Shown here one piece after another: positions 27,120-37,635 of a stretch of 49,714 nucleotides of DNA. The notes beneath the pieces are model-generated. The model was not told the DNA's origin and did not search any database. It saw only the letters and a program-made list of their open reading frames with translations. Both the position numbers and the translations under genes were made by a program. This stretch comes from a virus (lineage: Duplodnaviria; Heunggongvirae; Uroviricota; Caudoviricetes). How positions within the stretch are numbered: the stretch's first letter is position 1; the number at the start of each line of letters is the position of its first letter. Location of the stretch: the IMG/VR virus record IMGVR_UViG_643348544_000005. The stretch is one strand, 5' to 3'.

Positions 27120-28708
27120 AACGAACGCCTGCCCTGATTGATGTGAACGGCGTTCCGCTTCGTGAGAGTCTCAGCTACAACGGGGGCGGTGCAGGATTTG
27201 GCGGGCAAATGGCTGAGTGGTTGCCACCGGCGCAGAGTGCCGATGCGGCCCTGCTACCCGCGTTGCGTCTGGGGAATGCCCGGGCAGATGATCTGGTGCG
27301 CAATAACGGAATAGCGGCTAATGCGGTGGCTCTGCATAAGGATCACATTGTCGGGCATATGTTTCTGATCAGCTACCGTCCGAACTGGCGCTGGCTGGGG
27401 ATGCGGGAGACCGCAGCAAAAAGCTTTGTCGATGAGGTGGAGGCGGCCTGGTCGGAATACGCCGAAGGGATGTTTGGCGAGATCGACGTGGAAGGAAAAC
27501 GCACGTTCACGGAATTTATCCGTGAAGGTGTGGGCGTTCATGCGTTTAACGGCGAAATCTTTGTGCAGCCGGTCTGGGATACGGAAACCACGCAGTTATT
27601 CCGTACGCGTTTTAAAGCCGTGAGTCCGAAACGGGTGGACACGCCTGGACACGGTATGGGGAACCGTTTTCTGCGGGCCGGTGTGGAGGTCGATCGATAT
27701 GGCCGTGCCGTCGCGTACCATATTTGTGAGGATGATTTTCCGTTCTCTGGTAGTGGACGATGGGAACGGATCCCGCGTGAACTTCCCACCGGACGTCCGG
27801 CCATGCTGCATATTTTCGAGCCGGTGGAGGACGGGCAGACCCGTGGGGCTAATCAGTTTTACAGCGTCATGGAACGGCTGAAGATGCTCGATTCCCTGCA
27901 GGCAACACAGCTTCAGTCGGCCATAGTGAAGGCGATGTATGCAGCGACGATTGAAAGTGAACTTGATACCGAAAAGGCCTTTGAATATATCGCCGGCGCG
28001 CCACAGGAGCAGAAGGATAATCCGCTTATTAATATTCTGGAGAAGTTCTCCAGCTGGTATGACACGAATAACGTGACACTGGGCGGTGTCAAAATTCCGC
28101 ACCTTTTCCCTGGTGATGATCTGAAACTACAGACTGCGCAGGATTCAGACAATGGATTTTCTGCGCTTGAACAGGCGCTGCTGCGGTATATCGCCGCCGG
28201 TCTTGGCGTTTCCTACGAACAGTTGTCCCGTGATTACTCGAAGGTCAGTTACTCAAGTGCCCGCGCCTCCGCCAATGAGTCGTGGCGCTATTTTATGGGG
28301 CGGCGAAAATTTATTGCGGCCCGGCTGGCCACGCAGATGTTTTCCTGCTGGCTGGAAGAGGCACTTCTTCGGGGGATTATTCGTCCGCCACGGGCACGTT
28401 TTGATTTTTATCAGGCGCGATCAGCCTGGTCACGGGCTGAGTGGATTGGAGCCGGAAGAATGGCCATTGACGGGCTCAAGGAGGTTCAGGAATCAGTGAT
28501 GCGCATTGAGGCCGGACTGAGCACGTATGAGAAAGAGCTGGCGCTGATGGGCGAGGATTATCAGGACATTTTCCGCCAGCAGGTCAGGGAATCTGCTGAG
28601 CGGCAAAAAGCCGGACTCTCACGTCCGGTGTGGATAGCGCAGGCGTATCAGCAGCAGATAGCGGAGAGTCGCAGGCCGGAAGAGGAGACAACACCACGTG
28701 AGACGTAA
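27116..28708 (+). CDS. B: Portal protein B
   Basis: 530 aa; extensive similarity to recollected lambda gpB (…FEPVEDGQTRGAN…LQSAIVKAMYAATIESELDT…). Confidence 0.9.
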   Translation: MKRTPALIDVNGVPLRESLSYNGGGAGFGGQMAEWLPPAQSADAALLPALRLGNARADDLVRNNGIAANAVALHKDHIVGHMFLISYRPNWRWLGMRETAAKSFVDEVEAAWSEYAEGMFGEIDVEGKRTFTEFIREGVGVHAFNGEIFVQPVWDTETTQLFRTRFKAVSPKRVDTPGHGMGNRFLRAGVEVDRYGRAVAYHICEDDFPFSGSGRWERIPRELPTGRPAMLHIFEPVEDGQTRGANQFYSVMERLKMLDSLQATQLQSAIVKAMYAATIESELDTEKAFEYIAGAPQEQKDNPLINILEKFSSWYDTNNVTLGGVKIPHLFPGDDLKLQTAQDSDNGFSALEQALLRYIAAGLGVSYEQLSRDYSKVSYSSARASANESWRYFMGRRKFIAARLATQMFSCWLEEALLRGIIRPPRARFDFYQARSAWSRAEWIGAGRMAIDGLKEVQESVMRIEAGLSTYEKELALMGEDYQDIFRQQVRESAERQKAGLSRPVWIAQAYQQQIAESRRPEEETTPRET

Positions 28709-30203
28709 TCTTTCACACATTATTGCCGCAGCATTCAATGAACCGCTGCTTCTGGAGCCCGCCTATGCGCGGGTTTTCTTTTGCGCGCTCGGGCGCGAGA
28801 TGGGAGCAGCAAGTCTTTCGGTACCACAACAGCAGGTACAGTTTGATGCTCCCGGAATGCTGGCTGAAACGGATGAGTACATGGCCGGAGGTAAACGACC
28901 GGCCCGTGTTTACCGGGTGGTGAACGGTATTGCTGTACTGCCGGTGACCGGCACGCTGGTGCACCGGCTGGGTGGTATGCGGCCATTTTCCGGAATGACA
29001 GGCTATGACGGTATTGTCGCCTGTCTTCAGCAGGCAATGGCGGATAGCCAGGTGCGGGGCGTACTGCTGGACATTGACAGTCCGGGCGGGCAGGCCGCCG
29101 GCGCGTTTGACTGCGCTGACATGATTTACCGCCTCCGTCAGCAGAAGCCGGTCTGGGCACTGTGCAATGACACGGCCTGTTCTGCAGCCATGCTGCTGGC
29201 GTCGGCCTGCTCCCGACGGCTGGTTACCCAGACATCCCGTATCGGCTCCATTGGCGTGATGATGAGCCATGTCAGCTATGCCGGTCATCTGGCGCAGGCC
29301 GGTGTGGATATCACGCTGATTTATGCCGGGGCGCACAAGGTGGATGGCAATCAGTTTGAAGCGTTGCCGGCAGAGGTTCGCCAGGATATGCAGCAGCGGA
29401 TTGATGCGGCGCACCGGATGTTTGCCGAAAAAGTGGCGATGTATACCGGGTTGTCTGTGGATGCGGTCACGGGAACAGAGGCCGCCGTTTTTGAAGGTCA
29501 GTCCGGCATTGAGGCCGGGCTGGCGGATGAATTAATCAATGCGTCGGATGCCATCAGCGTGATGGCTGCGGCGCTGAACAGTAATGTCAGAGGAGGCACT
29601 ATGCCGCAATTAACTGCAACGGAAGTCGCCGTGCAGGAGAACCAGCGAGTGATGGGGATCCTGACATGCCAGGAAGCGAAAGGACGTGAACAGCTTGCCA
29701 CGATGCTGGCAGGGCAACAGGGCATGAGCGTTGAACAGGCCCGGGCGATTCTGGCCGCGGCGGCACCGCAGCAGCCGGTGGCATCCGCGCAGAGTGAAGC
29801 CGATCGCATTATGGCGTGTGAAGAAGCGAAAGGTCGTGAACAACTGGCGGCAACGCTGGCGGCGATGCCGGAGATGACGGTGGAAAAAGCCCGCCCGATC
29901 CTGGCTGCCTCACCGCAGGCGAATGCCGGGCCCTCACTTCGTGATCAGATCATGGCCCTGGATGAGGCAAAAGGGGCAGAAGCGCAGGCTGAAAAACTGG
30001 CGGCCTGCCCGGGAATGACCGTGGAGAACGCCCGGGCTGTGCTGGCTGCGGGATCAGGTAAGGCCGAACCGGTCTCTGCATCCACAACCGCCCTGTTTGA
30101 ACATTTCATGGCGAATCATTCACCGGCAGCGGTGCGGGGTGGCGTGTCACAGACGTCAGCAGACGGTGATGCGGACGTGAAAATGCTCATGGCCATGCCA
30201 TGA
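28698..30203 (+). CDS. C: Head protease/scaffold protein C (with nested Nu3-like scaffold region)
   Basis: 501 aa from GTG 28698 with AGAGGAGA SD; …AFNEPLLLEPAYARVFFCAL… matches lambda gpC; C-terminal region carries three tandem ~38-aa repeats. Confidence 0.85.
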   Translation: MRRNLSHIIAAAFNEPLLLEPAYARVFFCALGREMGAASLSVPQQQVQFDAPGMLAETDEYMAGGKRPARVYRVVNGIAVLPVTGTLVHRLGGMRPFSGMTGYDGIVACLQQAMADSQVRGVLLDIDSPGGQAAGAFDCADMIYRLRQQKPVWALCNDTACSAAMLLASACSRRLVTQTSRIGSIGVMMSHVSYAGHLAQAGVDITLIYAGAHKVDGNQFEALPAEVRQDMQQRIDAAHRMFAEKVAMYTGLSVDAVTGTEAAVFEGQSGIEAGLADELINASDAISVMAAALNSNVRGGTMPQLTATEVAVQENQRVMGILTCQEAKGREQLATMLAGQQGMSVEQARAILAAAAPQQPVASAQSEADRIMACEEAKGREQLAATLAAMPEMTVEKARPILAASPQANAGPSLRDQIMALDEAKGAEAQAEKLAACPGMTVENARAVLAAGSGKAEPVSASTTALFEHFMANHSPAAVRGGVSQTSADGDADVKMLMAMP

Positions 30204-30239
30204 AGTCAGTGCTGACCATCAATATGAGGTTTTAACAAA

Positions 30240-30587
30240 ATGGTGACGAAAACCATCACTGAACAGCGTGCGGAAGTACGTATTTTTGCCGGTAATGATC
30301 CGGCTCATACCGCCACAGGCAGCAGCGGGATTTCTTCTGCAACACCGGCTCTGACGCCCCTGATGCTGGATGAAGCCACCGGGAAACTGGTGGTCTGGGA
30401 TGGACAGAAAGCCGGTAGTGCGGTTGGCATACTGGTACTGCCGCTTGAAGGCACAGAGACGGTGCTGACCTATTACAAGTCGGGGACCTTTGCGACGGAG
30501 GCAATCCGCTGGCCTGACAGTGTGGATGAACACAAAAAGGCAAATGCCTTTGCCGGCACAGCCCTGAGTCACACGGCTCTGCCGTAA
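30240..30587 (+). CDS. D: Head decoration protein D
   Basis: 115 aa; …DPAHTATGSSG…TPLMLD…VVWDGQKAGSAVGILV…YKSGTF… matches lambda gpD. Confidence 0.9.
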   Translation: MVTKTITEQRAEVRIFAGNDPAHTATGSSGISSATPALTPLMLDEATGKLVVWDGQKAGSAVGILVLPLEGTETVLTYYKSGTFATEAIRWPDSVDEHKKANAFAGTALSHTALP

Positions 30588-30644
30588 CACGTTATCAGGC
30601 CACCATGGCGGCCTGACTGATTTCTGAATGAAAGGAACTGATTT

Positions 30645-31673
30645 ATGGGATTGTTTACGACCCGCCAGTTACTCGGTTATACCGAACAAAAAGTGAAATT
30701 CCGTGCGCTGTTTCTGGAGCTGTTTTTCCGCCGTACGGTGAATTTCCACACCGAAGAGGTGATGCTGGACAAAATTACCGGAAAAACGCCGGTGGCGGCC
30801 TATGTCTCCCCGATCGTTGAAGGAAAAGTGCTTCGCCATCGCGGTGGTGAAACCCGCGTGTTACGTCCGGGCTACGTCAAGCCCAAACACGAATTTAATT
30901 ACCAGCAGGCGGTTGAGCGCCTTCCTGGTGAAGATCCGGCTCAGCTGAACGACCCGGCCTACCGTCGTCTGCGTATCATTACCGATAACCTCAAACAGGA
31001 AGAGCACGCCATTGTCCAGGTGGAAGAAATGCAGGCGGTGAATGCCGTGCTGTATGGCAAATACACCATGGAAGGGGATCAGTTTGATACTGTCGAGGTG
31101 GATTTCGGGCGCTCTGAAGGAAATAACATTGAGCAGGCTGACGGTAAAAAATGGTCTGAGCAGGACCGTGATACGTTTGATCCGACGCATGATATTGACC
31201 TCTACTGCGATCAGGCCAGCGGCCTTGTGAATATCGCCATTATGGACGGTACGGTCTGGCGTCTGCTGAATGGCTTTAAGCTGTTCCGCGAAAAACTGGA
31301 TACCCGTCGCGGCTCAAATTCACAACTCGAAACGGCAGTGAAAGACCTGGGAGCGGTGGTGTCTTTCAAAGGGTATTACGGTGATCTGGCCATTGTGGTG
31401 GCGAAAACGTCTTATGTGGCAGACGACGGTACCGAAAAACGTTATCTGCCGGTGGGCATACTGGTCCTGGGGAATACGGCAGCAGAGGGCATTCGTTGCT
31501 ATGGTGCCATTCAGGATGCGCAGGCGTTGTCCGAAGGTGTGGTGGCCTCTTCCCGTTATCCGAAACACTGGCTGACTGTGGGCGATCCGGCCCGTGAATT
31601 CACCATGACGCAGTCCGCACCGCTGATGGTGCTGCCGGATCCGGATGAGTTTGTGGTGGTGCAGGTGAAATAA
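30645..31673 (+). CDS. E: Major capsid protein E
   Basis: 342 aa; matches recollected lambda gpE (…YVSPIVEGKVLRHRGG…TGDPAREFTMTQSAPLMVLPDPDEF…). Confidence 0.9.
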   Translation: MGLFTTRQLLGYTEQKVKFRALFLELFFRRTVNFHTEEVMLDKITGKTPVAAYVSPIVEGKVLRHRGGETRVLRPGYVKPKHEFNYQQAVERLPGEDPAQLNDPAYRRLRIITDNLKQEEHAIVQVEEMQAVNAVLYGKYTMEGDQFDTVEVDFGRSEGNNIEQADGKKWSEQDRDTFDPTHDIDLYCDQASGLVNIAIMDGTVWRLLNGFKLFREKLDTRRGSNSQLETAVKDLGAVVSFKGYYGDLAIVVAKTSYVADDGTEKRYLPVGILVLGNTAAEGIRCYGAIQDAQALSEGVVASSRYPKHWLTVGDPAREFTMTQSAPLMVLPDPDEFVVVQVK

Positions 31674-31682
31674 TCCGTGAGC

Positions 31683-31710
31683 GGGGGCGAAATGCCCCCG
31701 TGTCTTTTTT
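31683..31710 (+). terminator. Intrinsic terminator-like hairpin after major capsid gene
   Basis: GGGGGC-GAAAT-GCCCCC followed by GTGTCTTTTTT. Confidence 0.55.
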
Positions 31711-31724
31711 CACAGGAGGCTGAG

Positions 31725-32108
31725 ATGGCAACAAAAGAAGAAAATCTGAATCGTCTTCGTCAACTGGCTGGCCTGCTGGGGCGCGAGGCGGATATGTCGG
31801 GGAGTGCTGCGGATATTGCGCAACGTGTGTCTGAGTGGGAAGAGGAGCTTGCTGTTTCCCCGGAGGGCATTATGCACTCTGATGAGAGCGGGGCTGATCA
31901 AAATCACACAGACGATGGTGAGCAGTTGAACAACACGGATGCTCCGGATGATGTTAAAGCCGTCCGGGTACGGAAGTGCCTGCAAGTAATGGGGTATTGC
32001 CCGGAGACAGGTCGTCCCGTTGAGCTGGCGTTACGGGGTATGCGTGTTCTGGTGCCATCATCACTGGCAACGGCCATGATACAGCACGGAACGGCTGAAT
32101 ATGCGTGA
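31725..32108 (+). CDS. FI: DNA packaging protein FI
   Basis: 127-aa frame from ATG 31725 with AGGAGG SD; acidic linker and C-terminal domain; position between E and FII. Confidence 0.7.
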   Translation: MATKEENLNRLRQLAGLLGREADMSGSAADIAQRVSEWEEELAVSPEGIMHSDESGADQNHTDDGEQLNNTDAPDDVKAVRVRKCLQVMGYCPETGRPVELALRGMRVLVPSSLATAMIQHGTAEYA

Positions 32109-32454
32109 TTTTCAGAATGCCTTTGATGCTGCCCTCGCCGGGGTGGACAGTACGATCGTTGAAGTGATGGGGCTCTGTGCGCAGTTCACCTCGGGGGCAC
32201 AGTGTGGCAGCGAAGTTCAGGGGGTTTTTGACGATCCGGAGTCGCTGGGGTTTGCCGGTGGCGGGGTCCGTATTGAAGGAAGCAGCCCGTCATTATTTGT
32301 GCGGACGGATACGGTTCGTGCCGTGCGGCGTGGTGACACGCTGACCATTAATGGTGAGACATTCTGGGTGGATCGTGTTTCTCCGGATGACGGGGGCAGC
32401 TGTTATCTCTGGCTCAACCGTGGGCAACCACCCGCGGTTAACCGGCGACGATAA
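32101..32454 (+). CDS. FII: Head completion protein FII
   Basis: 117 aa; …SPSLFVRTDTVRAVRRGDTLTINGETFWVDRVSPDDGGSCYLWL… matches lambda gpFII. Confidence 0.85.
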   Translation: MRDFQNAFDAALAGVDSTIVEVMGLCAQFTSGAQCGSEVQGVFDDPESLGFAGGGVRIEGSSPSLFVRTDTVRAVRRGDTLTINGETFWVDRVSPDDGGSCYLWLNRGQPPAVNRRR

Positions 32455-32468
32455 ACGCAGGGTGAATT

Positions 32469-33044
32469 ATGGCGATAAAAGGGCTTGATCAGGCGATTGA
32501 CAATCTGAGCCGGGTTCGTAAAAACGCCATTCCGGCGGCTTCAGCAATGACGATTAACCGCGTGGCCACAACGGCGATTAATCAGTCTTCGTCACAGGTT
32601 GCCCGGGAAACCAGGGTGAGACGGAAACTGGTTAAGGAACGGTCCAGACTGAAACGGGCGACGGTCAGAAATTCGAATGCCAGAATTATCGTTAACCGCG
32701 GTGATCTCCCTGTGATTAAGCTGGGGATCAGAATGCTGGGGCGTCGTCCGGACAGCATACTCAAAGCCGGTCAGCATCGTTATCAGCGGGCATTTATCCA
32801 GCGATTAAATAATGGGCGCTGGCATGTTATGCAACGTCTTCCCCAGGCCAGATATGAGGAGGGCAATGACGACAAGGGCAGGAAAAAGCGTAATCGCCTT
32901 CCCATTCAGGTGGTGAAAATCCCGATGGCGGCCCCACTGAAACAGGCATTTGATGAGAATGTTGACCGTATCCGGCGTGAACGCCTGCCCGGAGAACTGG
33001 CATCCGCGCTGAAACAACAACTGAGGATTGCGATAAAACGATGA
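32469..33044 (+). CDS. Z: Tail completion protein Z
   Basis: MAIKGLDQAIDNLSRVRKNAIPAASAMTINRVA… matches lambda gpZ. Confidence 0.85.
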   Translation: MAIKGLDQAIDNLSRVRKNAIPAASAMTINRVATTAINQSSSQVARETRVRRKLVKERSRLKRATVRNSNARIIVNRGDLPVIKLGIRMLGRRPDSILKAGQHRYQRAFIQRLNNGRWHVMQRLPQARYEEGNDDKGRKKRNRLPIQVVKIPMAAPLKQAFDENVDRIRRERLPGELASALKQQLRIAIKR

Positions 33045-33436
33045 AAAACACTGACATTCGTGCCGCAGTGCTGGATGCACTCGAGCAGCATGAACACGGG
33101 GCGACGCTGTTTGATGGTCGCCCCGTTGTTTTTGACGAAGAGGATTTTCCTGCGATCGCGGTTTATCTGACGGATGCAGAGTATACCGGTGAAGAGCTGG
33201 ATGCAGATACCTGGCGGGCCACGCTGCATATTGAGGTGTTTTTACCGGCACAGGTACCGGATTCAGAGCTTGATCAGTGGATGGAAAGCCGGATTTACCC
33301 GGCGATGACCGCGATCCCGGCACTGGCAGGACTGATTACCACGATGGTTACGCAGGGCTATGAGTATCGTCGTGATGACGATATGGCGTTATGGAGTTCT
33401 GCAGATCTGACTTATTCCATTACATACGAGATGTGA
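33041..33436 (+). CDS. U: Tail terminator protein U
   Basis: 131 aa; near-identical to recollected lambda gpU. Confidence 0.9.
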   Translation: MKNTDIRAAVLDALEQHEHGATLFDGRPVVFDEEDFPAIAVYLTDAEYTGEELDADTWRATLHIEVFLPAQVPDSELDQWMESRIYPAMTAIPALAGLITTMVTQGYEYRRDDDMALWSSADLTYSITYEM

Positions 33437-33443
33437 GGACGAT

Positions 33444-34196
33444 ATGGCAACACCAAATCCCCTTGAGCCGGTAAAAGGTGCCGGTACCACTCTGTGGGTT
33501 TACAACGGCAAGGGTGATGCTTATGCAAACCCGTTGTCAGACGATGACTGGCAGCGACTGGCTAAGGTGAAGGATCTGACGCCGGGCGAGATGACGGCAG
33601 AATCCTACGATGATAACTACCTGGATGATGAAGACGCGGACTGGACCGCGACCGGGCAGGGGCAGAAATCTGCAGGTGATACCAGTTTTACGCTGGCCTG
33701 GAAACCGGGAGAGGAAGGCCAGAAAGGGCTTATAGGCTGGTTTGAAAGCGGCGATGTCCGGGCCTATAAAATCCGTTTTCCGAATGGCACGGTGGATGTG
33801 TTTCGTGGCTGGGTCAGCAGTATCGGTAAGGCCGTGACGGCGAAAGAAGTGATCACCCGCACGGTGAAAGTCACTAACGTGGGTAAACCTTCTGTAGCGG
33901 AAGAACGCAGCAAAATTACGCCGGTCAGTGCGATTAAGGTGACGCCTACATCCGGTACGGTGGCAAAAGGGAAAACAACCACCCTGACGGTTTCTTTTGA
34001 GCCGGAAAGTGCAACCGACAAGACGTTCAGAGCGGTTTCCGCCGATCCGTCGAAAGCCACCATTAGTGTGAAAGATATGACAATTACGGTAAACGGCGTG
34101 GCGACAGGTAAGGTGCAGATCCCTGTGGTGAGCGGAAATGGTCAGTTCGCCGCAGTGGCTCAAGTCACCGTTACTGAAGCGGGCGCTGCAGGGTAA
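33444..34196 (+). CDS. V: Major tail protein V
   Basis: 250 aa; matches lambda gpV (…[11 protein letters not shown]…[23 protein letters not shown]…). Confidence 0.9.
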   Translation: MATPNPLEPVKGAGTTLWVYNGKGDAYANPLSDDDWQRLAKVKDLTPGEMTAESYDDNYLDDEDADWTATGQGQKSAGDTSFTLAWKPGEEGQKGLIGWFESGDVRAYKIRFPNGTVDVFRGWVSSIGKAVTAKEVITRTVKVTNVGKPSVAEERSKITPVSAIKVTPTSGTVAKGKTTTLTVSFEPESATDKTFRAVSADPSKATISVKDMTITVNGVATGKVQIPVVSGNGQFAAVAQVTVTEAGAAG

Positions 34197-34209
34197 ACGG
34201 AGGTAATAC

Positions 34210-34641
34210 ATGTTTCTGAAAACAGAACAATTTGAATATAACGGTGTGTCTGTCACGCTTTCCGAATTGTCTGCGCTGCAGCGTATCGAGCATCTTGCCC
34301 TCCTGAAACGGCGTGCAGAACAGGCAGAATCCAGCGGCAACCTGCAGGTAAGCGTGGAAGATCTCGTCAGAACCGGCGCGTTTCTGGTGGCGATGTCCCT
34401 GTGGCATAACCATCCGCAGAAAACGGGGTCACCGTCAATGAATGAGGCCGTGATGAAGATAGAGCAGGAAGTGCTCACCACCTGGCCTGCCGATGCCATT
34501 GCCCGGGCGGAAGACGTGGTGTTGTGCCTGTCCGGGATGATCGAAGCTGTTCGTCCGGATACTGATATTACTGAAGTGGCGAAAAATAACACGCTGACTG
34601 ATGATGATTTTTCTGCGGGAAAGTCTTCGACGGCGAGCTGA
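34210..34641 (+). CDS. G: Tail assembly chaperone G
   Basis: 143 aa; MFLKTEQFEYNGVSVTLSELSALQRIEHLALLKRRAEQAES… matches lambda gpG; slippery GGGAAAG at 34617-34623. Confidence 0.85.
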   Translation: MFLKTEQFEYNGVSVTLSELSALQRIEHLALLKRRAEQAESSGNLQVSVEDLVRTGAFLVAMSLWHNHPQKTGSPSMNEAVMKIEQEVLTTWPADAIARAEDVVLCLSGMIEAVRPDTDITEVAKNNTLTDDDFSAGKSSTAS

Positions 34642-35081
34642 ACTTTGCCCTCAGACTGGCGCGTGAGATGGGGAGACCCGACTGGCGCGCCATGCTTGCC
34701 GGGATGACATCCACCGAATATGCCGACTGGCACCGTTTTTACCGCACGCATTATTTTCAGGATACCCAGCTGGATATGCATTTTTCCGGGCTGACGTACG
34801 CTGTACTCAGCCTGTTTTTTTGCGATCCGGATATGCATCCCTCTGATTTCAGTCTGCTTGTCCCCCGGCATGAGGAAGAGCAGGTGGAGAGGCCGGATGA
34901 GGACAAAATGCTGATGCAGAAAGCGGCAGGACTTGCCGGAGGCGTCCGGTTCGGTGGGGACGGAGGGCGCGATATTTTATCGTCTGCGGATGTGGCGGAT
35001 GTCATGGTGGATGATGCCGCATTAATGATGGCTTCAGCGGGGATTCCGGGAGGTGTGAGATATGTCCCAGCCGGTTGGTGA
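34623..35081 (+). CDS. T: T portion of G-T tail assembly chaperone (made by -1 programmed frameshift from G)
   Basis: -1 frame opens at the GGGAAAG slippery heptamer and continues to 35081; no independent initiation expected. Confidence 0.7.
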   Translation, partial: VFDGELNFALRLAREMGRPDWRAMLAGMTSTEYADWHRFYRTHYFQDTQLDMHFSGLTYAVLSLFFCDPDMHPSDFSLLVPRHEEEQVERPDEDKMLMQKAAGLAGGVRFGGDGGRDILSSADVADVMVDDAALMMASAGIPGGVRYVPAGW

Positions 35082-37635
35082 TCTTGTTATTGACCTGAGT
35101 CTGGATGCTGTCCGTTTCGATGAGCAGATGAGCCGGGTAAGGCGTCATTTTTCAGGTCTGGATACCGACGCCAGAAAAACCGCCAGTGCTGTTGAACAGG
35201 GCCTGAGCCGCCAGGCGCTGGCTGCACAAAAAGCCGGGATTTCCGTCGGGCAGTATAAAGCGGCCATGCGAACCCTGCCCGCACAGTTTACGGATATCGC
35301 CACGCAGCTTGCCGGTGGTCAGAATCCCTGGCTGATCCTGCTGCAACAGGGCGGTCAGGTGAAGGACTCCTTCGGCGGGATGATCCCCATGTTCAGGGGG
35401 CTCGCCGGTGCGATCACCCTGCCGATGGTCGGGGTCACCTCGCTGGCGGTGGCGACAGGTGCGCTGGTGTACGCCTGGTACCAGGGAGATTCCACGCTTT
35501 CAGCGTTTAATAAAACCCTGGTTCTTTCCGGTAATCAGTCCGGACTGACTGCCGATCGTATGCTGACTCTCTCAAGAGCCGGGCAGGCAGCAGGGCTGAC
35601 GTTTAACCAGGCGAGAGAGTCACTGGCAGCCCTGGTGAATGCCGGTGTGCGTGGTGGTGAACAGTTTGATGCCATCAACCAGAGTGTCGCGCGTTTTGCG
35701 TCTGCATCCGGTGTGGAGGTGGATAAAGTCGCTGAAGCCTTCGGGAAGCTGACCACTGACCCGACGTCGGGACTGATGGCGATGGCGCGCCAGTTCCGTA
35801 ACGTGACGGCAGAGCAGATTGCGTATGTTGCACAGCTGCAGCGTTCCGGAGACGAGGCCGGTGCATTGCAGGCGGCGAACGATATCGCCACGAAAGGCTT
35901 TGATGAGCAGACCCGTCGCCTGAAAGAAAACATGGGAACACTGGAGACCTGGGCGGATAAAACAGGGAAGGCATTCAAATCGATGTGGGATGCCATTCTG
36001 GATATCGGTCGTCCGGAATCCTCAGCGGATATGCTCGCCAGTGCGCAGAAGGCATTTGATGAGGCGGATAAAAAATGGCAGTGGTACCAGAGCCGGAGCC
36101 AGCGCCGGGGAAAAACCGCCTCTTTTCGTGCCAACCTTCAGGGCGCATGGGATGACCGGGAAAATGCCCGTCTGGGTCTGGCAGCGGCAACGCTGCAGTC
36201 GGATATGGAAAAAGCCGGTGAACTGGCGGCAAGGGACAGGGCTGAGCGTGAGTCGTCACAGCTGAAGTATACCGGAGAGGCGCAGAAGGCGTATGAGCGC
36301 CTGCTGACGCCACTGGAGAAATATACCGCCCGGCAGGAAGAGCTGAATAAGGCCCTGAAAGACGGGAAAATCCTGCAGGCGGATTACAACACGCTGATGG
36401 CGTCGGCAAAAAAGGATTATGAGTCGACGCAGAAAAAGCCGTCCGGTGTGAAGGTGTCTGCCGGTGAGCGCCAGGAAGACCAGGCGCATGCAGCCCTGCT
36501 GGCGCTTGAAACCGAGCTCAGGACGCTGGAAAAACACAGCGGTGTGAATGAGAAAATCAGCCAGCAGCGCCGGGATTTATGGGAAGCGGAAAATCAGTAT
36601 GTGGTCCTGAAAGAGGCCGCCACGAAACGGCAGTTATCTGAGCAGGAAAAATCCCTGCTGGCCCATGAGAAAGAGACGCTGGAGTACAAACGCCAGCTGG
36701 CTGAGCTGGGCGACAAGATTGAACACCAGAAACGGCTGAATGAGCTGGCACAGCAGGCGGCGCGGTTTGAACAGCAGCAGAGCGCGAAGCAGGCGGCAAT
36801 CAGCGCAAAAGCCCGCGGACTCACCGACCGTCAGGCGCAGCGGGAGTCGGAAGAGCAGCGCCTTCGTGAGGTGTACGGTGATAATCCGGCTGCGCTGGCG
36901 AAGGCCACATCTGCACTGAAGAACACCTGGTCTGCGGAGGAGCAGCTTCGTGGAAGCTGGATGGCCGGGATGAAGTCCGGCTGGGGCGAGTGGGCGGAAA
37001 GTGCGACGGACAGTTTTTCGCAGGTTAAAAACGCGGCCACGCAGACCTTTGATGGTATTGCACAGAATATGGCAGCGATGCTGACCGGCAGCGAACAGAA
37101 CTGGCGTGGTTTCACCCGTTCTGTGCTGTCCATGCTGACAGAGATTTTTCTGAAGCAGGCGATGGTGGGGATAGTCGGGAGTATCGGCAGCGCCATTGGC
37201 GGGGCTGTTGGTGGCGGCGCATCCGCGTCAGGCGGTACAGCCATTCAGGCTGCGGCGGCGAACTTCCATTTCGCTACCGGGGGATTTACGGGGACGGGGG
37301 GTAAATATGAACCTGCGGGGATTGTTCATCGCGGGGAGTTTGTCTTCACGAAGGAGGCGACCAGCCGGATTGGTGTCGGCAATCTGTACCGCCTGATGCG
37401 GGGCTATGCGGAAGGTGGTTATGTCGGCGGTGCCGGAAGTCCGGCGCAGATGCGGCGGGCGGAAGGCATTAATTTTAATCAGAACAATCACGTGGTGATT
37501 CAGAACGACGGCCCCAACGGGCGGGCAGGGCCGCAGCTGATGAAAGCGGTGTATGAGATGGCCCGCAAGGGGGCACAGGATGAACTCCGGCTGCAGTTGC
37601 GTGATGGCGGTATGTTATCAGGGAGCGGTGGATGA
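35062..37635 (+). CDS. H: Tail tape measure protein H
   Basis: 857 aa, size and position as lambda gpH; follows G-T. Confidence 0.9.
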   Translation: MSQPVGDLVIDLSLDAVRFDEQMSRVRRHFSGLDTDARKTASAVEQGLSRQALAAQKAGISVGQYKAAMRTLPAQFTDIATQLAGGQNPWLILLQQGGQVKDSFGGMIPMFRGLAGAITLPMVGVTSLAVATGALVYAWYQGDSTLSAFNKTLVLSGNQSGLTADRMLTLSRAGQAAGLTFNQARESLAALVNAGVRGGEQFDAINQSVARFASASGVEVDKVAEAFGKLTTDPTSGLMAMARQFRNVTAEQIAYVAQLQRSGDEAGALQAANDIATKGFDEQTRRLKENMGTLETWADKTGKAFKSMWDAILDIGRPESSADMLASAQKAFDEADKKWQWYQSRSQRRGKTASFRANLQGAWDDRENARLGLAAATLQSDMEKAGELAARDRAERESSQLKYTGEAQKAYERLLTPLEKYTARQEELNKALKDGKILQADYNTLMASAKKDYESTQKKPSGVKVSAGERQEDQAHAALLALETELRTLEKHSGVNEKISQQRRDLWEAENQYVVLKEAATKRQLSEQEKSLLAHEKETLEYKRQLAELGDKIEHQKRLNELAQQAARFEQQQSAKQAAISAKARGLTDRQAQRESEEQRLREVYGDNPAALAKATSALKNTWSAEEQLRGSWMAGMKSGWGEWAESATDSFSQVKNAATQTFDGIAQNMAAMLTGSEQNWRGFTRSVLSMLTEIFLKQAMVGIVGSIGSAIGGAVGGGASASGGTAIQAAAANFHFATGGFTGTGGKYEPAGIVHRGEFVFTKEATSRIGVGNLYRLMRGYAEGGYVGGAGSPAQMRRAEGINFNQNNHVVIQNDGPNGRAGPQLMKAVYEMARKGAQDELRLQLRDGGMLSGSGG

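Noticed and set aside
33537-34871. 444-aa minus-strand ORF antisense to V and G
   Set aside because: Entirely antisense to well-supported tail genes in GC-rich DNA; no RBS; composition artefact.
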